64,000 nt of DNA from the human T2T-CHM13v2.0 reference genome, Homo sapiens (GCA_009914755.4 CP068257.2:7072001-7136000); one strand, 5' to 3'; counted from the first letter of the stretch, positions 1 to 17,479 are shown. Notes: a model not told the origin generated them from the sequence alone. Numbers and translations are program-made.

Positions 1-799
1 TGGTGGCATTTCAAAGCTCAACATCATCTAACAAAAATTTTATTCCTTTATCATTTCTGTTAGGGAATGTTTAGTTTTTCCTCTTTGATAATGAAAATTT
101 GGTTAACAAACACTGCTTTGGACCAATCTTCCTTTTCACAAATCACTGAGGTGTGTCTATCCACAAGTTCTCAGTCCAGCCTACGTTTTCCAGTCTTCCA
201 TTTACCTATTCAACTAATACCTGAATGCCTGTCATGTGTCGGCCCTGTGAACATGCTGGTGACAGTGTGAGCAGGCAGGGCTGGTTCCTGTCCTCATGAA
301 GCTTATACTACCTGAGGCTGGGGTGTAGAAATCGACACGTTAAAAAGGCCACTGAGACTTTAAAAATATATATATATAAGGCATACAAAGATGTTGAGCT
401 GGAGCTTTGGAAAATGAAGAAAAAGTAATACAAATTTAAAATGTGACATCGAGGAATGAAGACCATCACTTAACATATCCTATGTTTCAAAAATCTAATG
501 TCCATAGGAAGTTGTCTGGGAGGTGGGCAGGGTTTCATACTGTAATGAGTATTTAGAAAGTTTAGAAGAGTTCTAATGGTTCTTAATTTAAGAATTATAA
601 GAGGTAGATTCAGGTAGAGAGAGATTCCCATGATATTCACTGCTGGGTGGAGAAGGAGATCCATCCCCCTCCACTCACAAACATCCTCTTTGTGTTTTTA
701 CTCAACAGTCCTTCATTTAGCTGATCCATCTGTATTTATATTTGTTCTCTTCCGGATTTGTTTCATAGTCAATATCAAGTGATTTTGTGTAAACTGCCT

Positions 800-990
800 G
801 GTCTTGACAGGCCAGGCACGAAGGTAGGCACCATTCACACAGCATTGCATTTAATCTTCACAAGACCCCTGCAAGGTGGGTCTCAGCCTCCCCTGATACA
901 GGTGAAGCAGGAGGCTGAGGGCTGCTACAACTTGCCCCCAGTCCCAGAGCTGGTACACAGCAACCCAGATTGACGGATTCCAATACCCAT
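800..990 (+). mobile_element. MIR-like ancient SINE fragment
   Basis: Resembles the MIR core/3' region ('...acaggtgaagcaggaggctgagg...aacttgccccc..agtcccagagctggtacacagc'), recalled from memory and diverged. Confidence 0.4.
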
Positions 991-1630
991 CCATGCTGCC
1001 TTGCCTAACCATGATGTTGGTGCCAAAATTTTGTAAATTAACCCGAGTTTATCTAAAATTAACTCAAAGTTAACATACGCTATTTGGAAGTGGTGGTGGC
1101 AATGACTTATCAGAGAACTTTTAAGAGAAACAGCTGGGGCAAACGAGCCTGCCTCACGCTGAAGTTATCTGTAATCAAGATGCCAACTGATTAGTGAATG
1201 AAGCTGAGCGCCAGGACTCACGACAGCTGTCTGTTTCATAAACACGCCCTCGTTCCTCCTTTTGGCCGACTACTAAAGGGTTTAGGGGTCACACAGCGTT
1301 TAGATGTTATGCAGAATGAGCAACAAGCAAAATGTAGGTGTAATCAGATAAGAGTGGAGAATTACCAGTATCTTTACAATCAACTGTTAGGCATTTCTGT
1401 TGATAATCACCAATTCAGAACAGCAAGGACTGAGAAGCCACAAGATTCCCTTAACAGGCCTCATCCACTTGCATAGTTTTGTTTTCAGGAAACAAAAATT
1501 ATGTTATGTGGGCTCACAGTCAATAGATTTTTGTTCCGGTTTGTATTTCCATGATACATAATTAAGTTTTGTGGTTTGAGGTTGAAAGAATTTTGAATGT
1601 GTATGCTAACACTGACTCACATTAAAGCTA

Positions 1631-1954
<324 letters not shown>

Positions 1955-2077
1955 TTAAGTAGAAGATTGAATATTTTAACCAAGGGTGTAAACTATTAAC
2001 CAGGATATTTAAAAAGCAATGAAATGAAGTTGCTGACATTTTTAAGAGAGCTGTTTCTTTCCCTAAAGTTTTAATAT

Positions 2078-2080
<3 letters not shown>

Positions 2081-2110
<30 letters not shown>
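2081..2110. repeat. (AC)15 microsatellite
   Basis: Uninterrupted acacac... run. Confidence 0.95.
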
Positions 2111-2116
<6 letters not shown>

Positions 2117-3479
2117 TTGGGTGGTGCCAATAAAAAGGAAACAAAAATAAAATGGAGAAATGGAGGTAATGATGACCCCAAGCTAAAGGAAGAGGAGGAG
2201 GGGGGTAGATATATGTTATTTTCATTCTTTCCTATTTCACTCTTCACTGGAAAAGCACTTGAGTTACAGTTTCTGATTCTGTTAGTCCTTCAATATGGTA
2301 AAACAAAGAGGTTTATCTCATGTGCAAATAATCAATGAGGAGTGGCTGCCTCCAAGAGCCTGGGTAATGTTGACCTTAGTGGGAAGGATCTGAATCAGCT
2401 GCCAGGGTCACACACGTGCTGTGTGTTTGTTGATCCCGCCTTATGTTAACCAGTCAACATCAAAAACTATCAGGGCATTGCTAGGCAACCGCTTCTTCAG
2501 TCTTCACTAGTCAATTATTGTGATTAGGATATTTTGTTTTCCTAAACGGAACTTGATAGATGGATAGAATGGATTCTACATCGCATATTTTTCCCCTCTA
2601 TCACGCACAGATGCCGTTGAGTATATCATCTCCTCCTTCTGTGCAGGGAGCCCGCCCTATGTAAGGTTAACAGGAAGGATGCAAAGGTATGCAGTGTAGA
2701 AAAAAATAGAAATAAGGACCCAGGCATAACTCTGAAGGAGCTTCTAACCATGTTGTGCAGATGAGGAAGACTCAATAATTAGTAAGTTATCCAAATAAAT
2801 TAGGGCTTTTTACTAGCAGAACAGTAAAAATTCTAAGTTTGGTAACACACTGAGTTGAGGAGGCTGTGGGAAAGAGGCATTCACTCATATTGCTGCTAGA
2901 AGTATAAACTGGTATAACCCATCTAGAGGAGAGTGATTTACCAATTATCAAAACTAACTACCTCATCCACATCTAGACATTTATTCTGCAGATATACTTG
3001 CCCAAATGCAAAATGTCAGATACACATTGTTTCTTGCAGCTTTGCTTATAATTGTAAAAATAGCTCTTCTAAGTTTCCTATTGCTGCTATAATCAGTTAC
3101 CACAAATGTAGCAGCTTAAAACAACAGAAACTTATCTTATTATGAGCTGGAGGTCAGAAGTCTGAAACGCGTCTTGAGGAGCTAAAATCAAAGGCTGGTT
3201 CCTTCTGGAGGCTCCAGGGGAGGGTCCATTTCTATGCCTCTTCCTTCTGTTGACGGCTTTCCACATACCTTGGCTTTTGATCGTATATCACTGCAATCAC
3301 CACTTCCATCTTCGTATCGCCTGAGTCTGACGCTTCTTCTTCCCGCTTATAAGGACGCTTGTGATTGATTCCATTGTGCCCACCTGGATGATACACGCTC
3401 CTCTGCCCATCTCACAATCCTTACTCCCAAGGCCCCTTTGGCTATGTAAAGTAATATATTCCTAGATTCAGGGATTTGA

Positions 3480-3783
<304 letters not shown>

Positions 3784-4711
3784 TGTGGACATCTTTTATT
3801 CAGCCTATCACAATAGCAAACGTCTGGAAACAAACAGGATGTCCATCAGCAGTGGACTGATTCAATAAATTATGATAAATTCATACAACAGAATACAGTT
3901 GTTTAAAATATGAGAAAATATATTATGTACTAAACAGAATACTCACCAAAATATAATGTTAGGTGAAAAAAGCAAAGTACAGAACAGACACAGGAATGCA
4001 CTATACATAATTTGCTTGTATATATGAGGTTTAAACTATCTCTGGAATGATATACCAGAAATTAATCATGGTGGTTACCTGTAGGACAGGAAGAAGGTGC
4101 TGGCATTGCAAGAATGAGACTTTTCACTAACACTCTTTCATAACTTTTTATCTTAGAAACTTGTAACTATATTACTTATCCAAAAAGTAAAATAATAAAG
4201 TCTAGAAAGAGTAAAAACAAAACAAAGTGTAAAAAAAGTTATAGATGGGGGATAAGTACCCATTGTAGGACTATTTATGCTAGAGCTGTACAATTTTTAA
4301 AAATGAGAAGTATGTATATGTTACCAGGAATGCCAGGATATATGATCAAGTGACTGAAAACTGTGAGCAAAATAAAAAACAGAAAAAAGAAACAAACCCA
4401 CAAGTGCTTCAGGTATTAGAATTATCAGACATGAACTTTAAAGTCATTGGTAATATTATCAAACCTAGGTTTAAATAACTAGTAGTTTTTTTTTTATCTT
4501 GGTGCTAGTTACAGAGGTTTATTTACTTTGTGATAATTCATCCACCTGTACATTTAAGATGGCACACTTTCAGGTATATTATACTTCAATAAAATTTTAC
4601 AAAAGTAGAAATCTTGTGAGATTTGACTAAATCTGGGGTGGGGGGAATCTATAAACGTAAACACATGTATTTGAAAACAAAACAAAAAAACTACTGAAAA
4701 ACTGATATGAT

Positions 4712-5025
4712 AGGTGTGGTGGCTCACATGTATAATCCCAACATTTTGGAAGGCCAAGGCAGGAGGTTTGCTTGAGGCCAGAACTTCAATACCAGCCCAG
4801 GCAACATAGTGAGACCTGTCACAGCAAAAAAAAAAAAAAAAAAAAAAAATTAATTGGGCATGGTGACACACACCTGTAGTCCCAGCTACTTGGAAGGCTG
4901 AGGAGGGAGGATTGGATCACTTGAGCTCAGTAATTTAAGGCTGCTATGAGCTACAATTCATCACTGCACTATAGCCTGAGTGACACAGTAAGACCCTGTC
5001 TCAAAAAAAAGAAAAAGAAAAAAAC
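4712..5025 (+). mobile_element. Alu SINE with long internal and terminal A-runs
   Basis: GGTGTGGTGGCTCACATGTATAATCCCAACATTTTGGAAGGCCAAGGCAGG..., 24-nt internal poly-A linker at 4834-4857, A-rich tail to ~5025. Confidence 0.9.
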
Positions 5026-5774
5026 TCCAATGATCTAAGCATCCATCTCAAAAATCCCAGCAAATTAAGCTGAATGAAATTAAAATGATGGAGATAATAA
5101 GGATAAAAGCTGAAATCAATGAATAAAAAACCAAAGACATAATAGAGAAAATATAAAAAGCCAAAGCTGTTTCTTTGAAAACAGTATTCCAGTTGCTAAT
5201 CTCTGTGGCAGCCAGGCTCCAAAATGGCCCCCGGTGATTTTCACTTCTGCTATCCATGCCTTGTGCAGTTCTCTCTCATATTAAATATGGCTGACCTGTG
5301 TTATCAAAAAGCTAGTTCAAATTTCCTAGGCTAGATTATAAAACACATGGCAGCTTCCACCTTGCTCACCCTGGGTGAAAGTAGCTACCATACTGCAAGG
5401 ACATTCAAGCAACCCTACGGAGCTTAATGCATTACATTACAGAGGTCTCCTGCTAACAGACAGCATTGACTTGCTAGCCATGTTAAGTGAGCCATCTTGA
5501 AATTGGATGCCCTAGCCTCAGTCAAGCCTTCGGATGACTGCAGGCTTAATCAACATATTGACCAAGACAGAACCACCCAGGTAAAGCATTTCTCAAATCA
5601 GGACCCACAGAAGCTCTATATTAGTTTGCTATTTTTGTATAACAAATGAACATCTCAGGAAATATACATATATTGTCTAGTATATTTTCTCTTATACAGT
5701 TTCTGTGGGTCAGGATTTCATTTAAGAAAATACATGTTTATTCTTTTTTAAGTGGTTTACTTCCTTTTTTTAAA

Positions 5775-6243
5775 ATTTATTTTTTATTTCAATAGGTTTT
5801 TGGGGAACCGATGGTGTTTGGTTACATGAATAACTTCTTTAGTGGTGATTTCTGAGATTTTAGTGCACCCATCACTCGAGCAGGGTACACTGTACCCAAT
5901 GTGTAGTCTTTTCTCCCTCATCCCCCTCCCACCCTTTCCCCTGGGTCCCCAGAATCAATTGTATCATTCTTATGCCTTTGCATCTTCATAGCTTTGCTCC
6001 CACCTATGAGTGAGAACATATGATATTTGGTTTTCCATTCCTGAGTTACTTCACATAGAACAAGTCTCCAATTCCATCCAGATTGCTGCAAATGCCATTA
6101 TTTTGTTCCTTTTTATGGCTGAGTAGTATTCCATGCTACATATATACCATATTTTCTTTATCCATTTGTTCACTGATGGGCATTTGAACTGATTCCATAT
6201 TTTTTTCAGTTGCAGATTGTGCTGCTATAAACATATGAGAAAA
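5775..6243 (+). mobile_element. L1 (LINE-1) ORF2 3'-region fragment
   Basis: Matches the recalled L1 segment '...ttgtatcattcttatgcctttgcatc..catagctt.gctcccac.tat.agtgagaacat..gat.tttggttttccattcctgagttacttcac.tagaa...ctccaa.tccatccag.ttgctgcaaatgccattatttt.ttcctttttatggctgagtagtattccatg...ttgtgctgctataaacat'; truncated at 6243 where an Alu follows. Confidence 0.6.
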
Positions 6244-7170
<927 letters not shown>

Positions 7171-7444
7171 AGACATTAAGTTTCAGGTAATTTCTTATGC
7201 AGCAATAGATAACTAATTAGTAAGAGTTGTGCCTAACTAGGCACAAGTTAGAATATAAGGAGTGAAGAGTTATCACTATAGATCCTACAGATACTAAAAA
7301 GATAAGAGTTTGTTTTACTATAAGCAAGCCTATCACAATAAGACAATTTAGATTAAAATGCTGGTAAATTTTATACTTTGTATATTTTACCATGATAAAA
7401 ACATTTTATAAGCATCACTTACCATTTGATCACTTATTAAATGC

Positions 7445-7570
7445 TAAGTGCTTTACTTACATTTCACTAATCCTTAGAACAACTTTGTTCAGTAAAAATT
7501 ATTCCTGGTTTACAGAGGAGAAAACTGAGGCTCAGAAAGGCTACTCATTTATTTGAGGTCTCACAGCCTT
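7445..7570 (+). mobile_element. MIR SINE core fragment
   Basis: 'gctttacttacatttcactaatccttagaacaac...ggtttacagaggagaaaactgaggctcagaaaggctactcatttatttgaggtctcacagc' matches the MIR core ('...ttacagatgaggaaactgaggctcagagaggttaagtaacttgcccaaggtcacacagc'). Confidence 0.55.
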
Positions 7571-7918
7571 CATAATGTTATTCATGCACTCTTTATGCCC
7601 TACAGAGTTGGAGAAATTGCAGGGGAGAATCTCAGAAATAACTAAAATAATTGAAGATGTAATCAAGAAACAAAATACAGTGTTTGAATAGAGACCAACT
7701 AAAGACGGCTCTGACTGGTTCAGTCTACATATAATTGAAAGGTAAATCACTAGGAAAAGGAAGAAATCTCTAGGTTTCAAGATGAAATAGAAGTCATGAG
7801 AATTCTATAAATTTAAATTCAAGTTCACTGAAGAGAGCTAGGAGTCAGCTACTGTTTGCTACAGATAATATTCAGTAAGGAGCTAACTGCTAATGCACTG
7901 GCCTGGGGAAGTGTTTAA

Positions 7919-8262
<344 letters not shown>

Positions 8263-8633
8263 GCTCCTTCTTTTTTTGTAATGGACCTGGGAGATCTTTA
8301 GGAATGAGGGAAAGTCTCATTTCTTTGAGTAGGGCAGAATATTAAAGACTAGCCAGCCTTCAGGCTTATGGTGGTTGCTGCTATTCTGTTGAACGTAAAC
8401 CATAGCCTTTAGAAAGGAGCAAGTCTTTGTGGGATACACAGGATTTGAAGTGCATCAAAGGGGTGGAAACCCTGCTGACCATGATACCCTCAAGTGAGTT
8501 TTTCCACTGAATTTGATTATTTTCTCATTTGGCACTTCTTTCTGGGCTTTTTAAGCAGCCCCAAAGCTCTAGGTGATTTTACTTTTGTAATTGTATTCTC
8601 TTGGGAATGCTCATTCCTGATTGTTTCAGTAAA

Positions 8634-8700
8634 CAGCCTTGAACTCCTGGCCTCAAGTGATCCTCCCACCTCACCCTCCTGAGTAGTTGGGACTGCAGGC
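8634..8700 (-). mobile_element. Alu fragment (left-monomer region)
   Basis: cagccttgaactcctggcctcaagtgatcctcccacctcaccctcctgagtagttgggactgcaggc. Confidence 0.7.
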
Positions 8701-9204
8701 TGCAGAAACTTCTAAGAGAAATTAGAGGGAACAGAGCCAAGCTCATTTATTGAGATTAAGATAAACTTGATATCAAAACTAGACTTGTCACAGAGAGTGC
8801 AAGAGGCGGGAGTTATCTCCCAAATCCAAGTTCTGCGTCTGGATTATTAGACATGGCCTCACTGTCCTTGATCTGCAAGGAATTTATACTGATTAGAGCA
8901 TTAGTAAAACCTATGTTCTATTCATCATGAAAAGTCATTTTTTAAAGATTCCAGAATTATTAGAGGCAGAAACAAATTGAAAGGTTGTACACTTACACCT
9001 GCTGTTTGAAAAACACAACTTACCAAAGCCAAACAGAAGTAGTATGTAAACTCCTATGTCTAGTAATAGGCAGAATCCATAATTTAAAACTTTCCCACAA
9101 AAACAATTCCCAGTTCCTGATGGCTTCACTGGTGAATTCTTCAATGAAAGGGAAAAGTAACACCAACACTACAGAATTTCTTTTTTAATTTCAGGGACAG
9201 ATTT

Positions 9205-9633
<429 letters not shown>

Positions 9634-9802
9634 CAGAAATTTTAAGAGAACAAAAATAAAGGGAACAGAGCCATGCTCATTTTTTGAGATTACAATAAAC
9701 TTGATACCAAAAGTAGTCTAAAAAATTACAAAAAGTAAAACTACAGGCTAATCAGTCACATGAACCCGAGCCCAAAAGTCATTTTTAAAAACAGCACACT
9801 AA

Positions 9803-9861
9803 GCAGGGCACAGTGGTTCATGCCTGTAATCCCAGCACTTTGGGAAGCCAAGGTGGGAGAA
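9803..9861 (+). mobile_element. Alu 5' fragment in the spacer between the inverted arms
   Basis: gggcacagtggttcatgcctgtaatcccagcactttgggaagccaaggtgggagaagtgcttgagctcaggagttc, truncated at 9861. Confidence 0.6.
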
Positions 9862-10385
9862 GTGCTTGAGCTCAGGAGTTCCCTTTATTTTTGTTCTCTT
9901 AAAAGTTTCTGTAGCCTATAGTCCCAGCTACTCAAGAGGCTGAAGTGAGAGGATAACTGGGACGTGACTGTGAATAGCCACTGCACTCCAGCCTGGGCAA
10001 CATAGTGAGACTCTGTCCCTAAGATTTAAAAAAAAATCTGTAATGTTGGTGTTATTTTTTCCCTTTCATTGAAGAATTCACCAGTGATGCCATCAGGAAC
10101 TGGGGATTGTTTTTGTGAGGAAGTTTTAAATTATGGATTCTATTTATTTCATAAATATAGGGGTATACATACTTCTTATGTTTGGTTTTGGTAAGTTGTG
10201 TTTTTCAAACAGTAGGTATACAACCTTTTAATTTGTTTCTGCTTATAATAATTGTGGGATCTTTTTTTAAAAAAAAGATTGATTTTCATGAATAGAAGAT
10301 AGGTTTTACTAATACTACACTCAATGTTAATTCCTTGCAGTTCAAGGACACTGAGGCCCCGTCTAATAATACAGAAGAAATACTA
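9862..10385 (-). repeat. Arm 2 of the inverted duplication (includes an Alu fragment at 9893-10030 in + orientation)
   Basis: Reverse complement matches 8840-9336 and 9634-9668; starts with 'ccctttatttttgttctcttaaaagtttctgtag', the rc of 9634-9668. Confidence 0.75.
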
Positions 10386-10393
10386 GGATAGTG

Positions 10394-10655
<262 letters not shown>

Positions 10656-10794
10656 CTAGAGAGGAGTAATACACTAAACTAGCAATGCTAGTTTCAATTT
10701 AGGGTGAATTACTTCAGTAGAGAACCGAAGTACATGCACTAGCCTGAATATGTTAATTTAAATTAAAAAAAAAAAACAAAAACTTAAAAAAAAT

Positions 10795-10884
10795 TAGAGA
10801 TGGGGTCTCGACATGTTGCCCGGGCTGAATCCAAACTCCTAGGCTCAAGCTGTCCCCCCCGCCTCAGCTTCCCAAGTAGCTGAA
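10795..10884 (-). mobile_element. Alu fragment
   Basis: aaaaaaaattagagatggggtctcgacatgttgcccgggctgaatccaaactcctaggctcaagc...gcctcagcttcccaagtagctg. Confidence 0.7.
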
Positions 10885-12185
10885 TAAGCTAATTAACTTG
10901 TTTTGTTTCTCTCAGGGAGTGCACAACAGGTGGAGGGAGGAGGCAGGTGTGTGGGGATGAGAGCACCTTCCCAAGAAAAGGCCTGGAAGAGTTTATAACA
11001 ACCAGGAAAGGCCTGGGGCACAGCAAAAGGAACTGGCCTTTGCCTCTAGGAGAAAGGAACGCCTCCTCCCTTCTTCCAGCCTCCCTTAAGAAAAATACCC
11101 AAGAATGCCCCCAGCCCTGTGAGCACAGAGCACTGGTGTGAGTTGTTTACTTGTTAATGGGTTTGCACCACTGTCTGCATGTAATGAGTCATTCAGGTCA
11201 TTCTGGGATGATGTTGGTATGCACAAACCCCTCCTTTAATCTGGTTGGCTAGTTCAGAATAGACAAGTTTTAACACTGCTTCCTTCTCCCATCGAGAAGT
11301 AAAGCCCAGGTTCTCAGGAACAGACTCCATCTGGAGACCATGTTTGGTGAACCTGAGATTCGGGAAAGACACGGCTTCAAGCCTCAAGTCGTTTTGCCCC
11401 TTCCTGTGGCTGACAGCATGAGAGGTCAACATCACAATGAATTTTACCATTTTGATGGGGATTTTAAAACGTCACTGTTTAAAAAACGCTGCTTTGAAAA
11501 TTTTTTTAATCTTGATTTATATAAGCATTTATTTCTTGATAAGATTTGAATTATAACCTAATTGATAGACTTAATATTCTTCGGGGCTAAGACTACATGA
11601 GAAAAAAATGTTATACAGATTTTTTAAATGATTCCTGGGCTTAAGGAAAAAATTACTTTTAAATCCTTACCAGTCTCCCAGATAATTAACGAGCAGGTGC
11701 TGCCTGGGAGTGTAAACGTTTTTAGGTCTTATGATCTCGTGGCCGCTTGGTCCCAAAAATAAGATTACTTGCCCCTTTCCTTATTCTTACTGGATAGAAT
11801 GAGACTCGTTTAAAACATCTCGTTTAGATTAGAAAAGAAAATGGGACACCATATTTGTAATCGACCTGACATTTATAAGTACCTGATTTAAATGAACTTT
11901 ACCCAAAGCACACTCCACAAAAGGCACTTCAAGTTTCACTGGAGCACAACCCTTTGTGTTGTAGAATAATGTAGAATAAAATGGCTTTCTTTTTTTAACT
12001 ACACCACAACACTCTTAAGGAAATGAAAGTAGGTAAGGCATCTATCTGTGAACAGCAGTGCTATCCATTCCATGAATGTTTAGGGTTTACTCCATGTTAG
12101 GCACTAGGGACAGGATGGCAAACAGGGCAGACAGTTCCCCTGACCTCTTCCACCACCCTACAGTCGAGTGAAGAAAGTAGATTTT

Positions 12186-12350
12186 TTAAAAATTATTATT
12201 ATACTTTAAGTTTTAGGGTACATGTGCACAATGTGCAGATTACTTACATATGTATACATGTGCCATGCTGGTGTGCTGCACCCATTAACTCATCATTTAG
12301 CATTACGTATATCTCCTAATGCTATCCCTCCCCCCTCCCCCTACCCCACA
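12186..12350 (+). mobile_element. L1 ORF2-region fragment
   Basis: 'tactttaagttttagggtacatgtgcacaatgtgcagattacttacatatgtatacatgtgccatgctggtgtgctgcacccattaactcatcatttagcattacgtatatctcctaatgctatccctcccccctccccctaccccaca' is a recognisable L1 3' segment. Confidence 0.65.
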
Positions 12351-12620
12351 TTGCTCTTGTCTCCCAGGCTGGAGAACAGTGGTGCTATCTTGGCTCACTG
12401 CAACCTCCGCCTCCTGGGTTCAAGCAATTTTCCTGCCTCAGCCACATGAGTAGCTAGGATTACAGGCGTGCAACACCACACCTGGCTAATTTTGTATTTT
12501 TAGTAGAGATGGGGTTTCGCCAGTTGGCCAGACTGGTCTCAAACCCCTGACCTCAGGTGATCCTCCCGCCTTGGCCTCCCAAAATGCTGGGATTACAGGC
12601 GTGAGCCTCCATGTCCAGCT
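12351..12620 (-). mobile_element. Alu SINE (reverse orientation; 3' end truncated, no poly-T)
   Basis: TTGCTCTTGTCTCCCAGGCTGGAGAACAGTGGTGCTATCTTGGCTCACTGCAACCTCCGCCTCCTGGGTTCAAGC...GGCGTGAGCCTCCATGTCCAGC. Confidence 0.85.
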
Positions 12621-12689
12621 AGATTTTAAATATTAACAAAATATTATAAGTTCTGATTATTACTATTAAAAGAAAAGCACAGAGATAGA

Positions 12690-13320
12690 ATAACATCAGA
12701 GAGGGGGCACCACCACTTTAGGAAGTCAGGGAAGGGCTGGAGGAGGTGAAATTTAGGCAAAGATTGAAGGACATTAGGAGTCAGACCTGCCATAGCAGGA
12801 GGGAATAGCATCCCTGGCAGAGAGGAAAGCTTGTTCAGAGCCACAGTCCTGAAAGAAGCTTGTTTGAGGGACTACAAGAAGACCAATTTGCTTGAAGCAT
12901 AATACGTCTAAGATCAGATGTGTGATGAGTTTGAAGAGGCAGCTAGATCACCATAAGAACTTTGGAGGGCTTTTGGCAGGAGAGTGACATGATCTGATCT
13001 GATGTATATTTTGAAAGGTCACTCCAGCTTCCAGGTAGCAGTGGAAGAAGACATGCAAAAATCACAATCATAACTTACAGGGCAGCAGTGGAAGAAGACA
13101 TGCAAAAATCACAATCATAACTTACACGGCATGGTAGCTTGGAGTACGGAGGAAGAGGAAGCACATTTGGGGTATATTTTGGAAGTGGAATAAACAGATC
13201 TGCTGATGGATGGAGAAGGGTGGGGTGAGGGTTGGTAATGAGGAGCCAAGGATGACTCATTTTCACGTTGGAGTAACTGGGAAGGCTTGGAAGACTAGTG
13301 GAGAAACAGGTTTGGAGAGA
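12690..13320 (+). mobile_element. L2-like ancient LINE 3'-end fragment containing a 2x43-bp internal tandem duplication (13040-13125)
   Basis: 'ggcaggagagtgacatgatctgatctgatgtatattttgaaaggtcac...gtatattttggaagtggaataaacagatctgctgatggatggag...ggagccaaggatgactcattttcacgttggagtaactggga' resembles the L2 3' consensus as recalled; GGCAGCAGTGGAAGAAGACATGCAAAAATCACAATCATAACTTACA occurs twice in tandem. Confidence 0.45.
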
Positions 13321-13409
13321 GAAGTCTCAGTCCCTTAGTCATTCACCTCAGTTTCTTAGTCACTGGAATACCTTAGATCTCTTATCTACCATGTCTTTAA
13401 AAACATGCG

Positions 13410-13520
13410 TGAGCCCAGGGAGGCTGATGTGGAAGGATCCCTTGAACCCAGGAGTTTGAGGCATACCTGGGCAACACAGCAAGACCCTGTCTCTCTAAAA
13501 ACAACAACTACAAAAAAAAG
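13410..13520 (+). mobile_element. Alu right-arm fragment
   Basis: gagcccagggaggctgatgtggaaggatcccttgaacccaggagtttgaggcatacctgggcaacacagcaagaccctgtctct...aaaaaaaa. Confidence 0.7.
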
Positions 13521-13535
13521 GGGGGGGCAGAAAAA

Positions 13536-13907
<372 letters not shown>

Positions 13908-14988
13908 TTAAAAAAATATATATATATATATAGCAAGAGCTTACAGAACAGGCAGCACCAAGTGGGAGCTGGGGGGCTTGTCTTGATGCTGCATTTGATA
14001 AATATACACAGTTTTTACTCAGATTATATGTTTGCTTAGATTTGGGCTAAAGATCCCCAAAGCCACCCCTTGGTATTGACACTCATTAAGAAATTAAGGA
14101 AGAGATAGTACTATTGAACTATTTTCCAAAAAAAGAAAAAAAAAGGACAAAAACCCAAAACAAATGGGATGTGATGTACATTTTCCATGTTATTTTATAC
14201 ATGAGCTATCTTTCCAATACTGAAGTTGGTTTAGCAAGAAAAGAATTAAAGACGTCAATGTGCAAGCCAAGAGCCAAAACCACTCTCAACAGCCCAAGGT
14301 TGTGAACGTATTTAATTTGCCATTTCTCTGGGAAGTCATTTCTTGGATCATTGACTTACTATTATTCTGTAAAACAGTGGTAGCCCCTGCCTTCCTCTGC
14401 TTGCTGCGAAGAGTATGATCCAGCTGTGGGGTCTGAAGAGTCTATGTTTATTGGATTTTAATGACTTAGTTAACAAAGGTCATTCCTAAAAGTAATAGAA
14501 AACTAAGGTTGTGGAAACAGAACGGAAAAGACTGACTCGAGGGTTATTTCTAGTAGTTCCTTGGTGTTGTCCTTAGATACATGTTTAATCCTTAAAAGCA
14601 ATTATGAAGGAGTCTTCCTCATAACCAATTTACTGATGCTGTATTCAACTATACTTGTAAAATGTTATTTTAGACCTCTCAGTAACAAAAGGAACAGGGC
14701 TTAAAATATGTTAGATAATATTGCCATAAACAATGTACTGTTAACATAATATTGCTGACAGTATAATTGTAATTCACTGTAATACTTGAATGCCACAACT
14801 GTAGTGCTTCCGTTATCACTGACGGTAGGAAATAACTTCAGTCTCAGGTGAAATCTGGTTGGATACAAATCTCCAAGTTAAAAGAAACCTCAAGGATCAT
14901 TTAATCTTGTCCTTTTAAATATTTAGTAACTCATTTGGTAGTAAATATTTATCCAAATTATGTTTCTTGGACTGTAAAAGAATTTCCA

Positions 14989-15438
<450 letters not shown>

Positions 15439-15601
15439 TAGCTGGGTATGGTGGCACACACCTGTAGTCACATCTACTCAGGAGGCTCAGGTGAGAGGAT
15501 TGCTTGAGCCCAAGAGTTCTGGGTGTAGTGAGCTATGATCGCACCACTATACTCCAGCCTGGGTGACAGAGGAAGACCCTGTCTCAAAAAAAAAAAAAAA
15601 A
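15439..15601 (+). mobile_element. Alu right-arm fragment with poly-A
   Basis: ttagctgggtatggtggcacacacctgtagtcacatctactcaggaggctcaggtgagaggattgcttgagcccaagagttc...ccctgtctcaaaaaaaaaaaaaaa. Confidence 0.75.
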
Positions 15602-16262
15602 CGAGCTAAATGGTGATCGAATTATTTAAAATTAAATTGATGGAATCATTTAAGAATAAGTGGAAAGAAAGAAATTTACAGTCATTCCTCAGGTATAAAT
15701 TAAATATTTTCTACCTCAAAAATCCAATGACATGAGATATAAATGTATAGTTCACATATGTAATACATTTCTCACATGGTTACAGAACCTTTCTGATCTG
15801 GCTCCGTTTGACTTTTCCAGCCTTATCTCATTTCTCCTCCCTCCTTCCAACCGTTTTTTCCTCCTCATCTCCTTAGCTACAGCTTTACTAATCTTCCTAC
15901 TGTGAGCCTCAAACCCACGCTGCTCTCAGGTCTCAGGGCCTATGTACAAGTAATTCCCACTGCCTGGAATCCCTTGCCCTCATTCTTTGTTGGGTCATTC
16001 TGCAGACCCAGTACTACTTCCTCTTGGGAGCCTTTGTCCATCTCCTCTTCCCCCAATCTCCGAACCCCACCAAGACCTCAGTAGTTCTTGAGCAAGCCTC
16101 TGCTTAGTTTTCCTGGGATGACCAAAACTAACACTGTCTGATCCGTTGTTCAATCCCCAATCCCTAGAACAGAGCTGCAACATAACAGGCACTCTAAATG
16201 AATGAAGGGATAAAGACAGCACTGAAGAACTTGAAATTATAGTTTACACATGTAAACAGTAA

Positions 16263-16607
<345 letters not shown>

Positions 16608-17479
16608 GTTGTTTTTTTTAAAAGATACATTTCAACTCACTTCTCTAAGTTGGGAATACACACAGCCTGCCATCAGTTTGACATAAAACAAAAATTTTAG
16701 CGTTATCATATGCTAAATTTCTTTTACTAGGTTAAAAAAAATGTAGAATCCAAAGAGCTGTAAATGCAAATGACAAATACTGTACAAAATCTATCAAGCA
16801 ACTATAAGTCACAACTTGCAAGCTTTCTCCTCAGCAAATGAGTTAAAAAGAAAAGTATTTGAAACTTTCTTGGTGGAAAACGAATGACCTTTAGAAATGC
16901 CAACATTTTCCCCAGAGAATAGATTTGGTCTGAGTTCTTCATTTCTGAAATTGTAGAAGATAGGACCGCTTGGTTTGAAAGTCAAACTGCATCCTTCTAT
17001 AAAGGTTTTAGGTATTTTAAGTCTCCATACAAAACATTCCCCTTATTTTCATAACAAAAGGAACAATAAGACAGCTTAGACGGGGCAGAGAAAGAAAGGC
17101 CTTGAAACAAAGTCCCTGGAAAGGTAAAAACAACAACAAAAATAGTAAGTTAGAGCTCGTGTTAGATCTGATAACTCAAAACTGCACAACTTTTGCCATA
17201 CATCGAAAGCAACATGGGAAAACAGAAAAAGAGATCACAAACACTTTTTGAGTGTCCTAACTTGTAGAACCCCTAAGAATGAATCAAATACACTTGGACA
17301 AAGCTCTTTTTTTCTCTCTCTCCTTCAAGTCGCAGACTAGGGTTGTGGGGCGGGGGACAGGGAGTAAGACGGGGTCTCTAATAAATACAAAACCCAGCCT
17401 CTGACGTGTTTAATTGCTGACATTTTAGAAGAAAAATGGGCTACTTACAATTAATGAACCAAACTACCAAACTAAAATC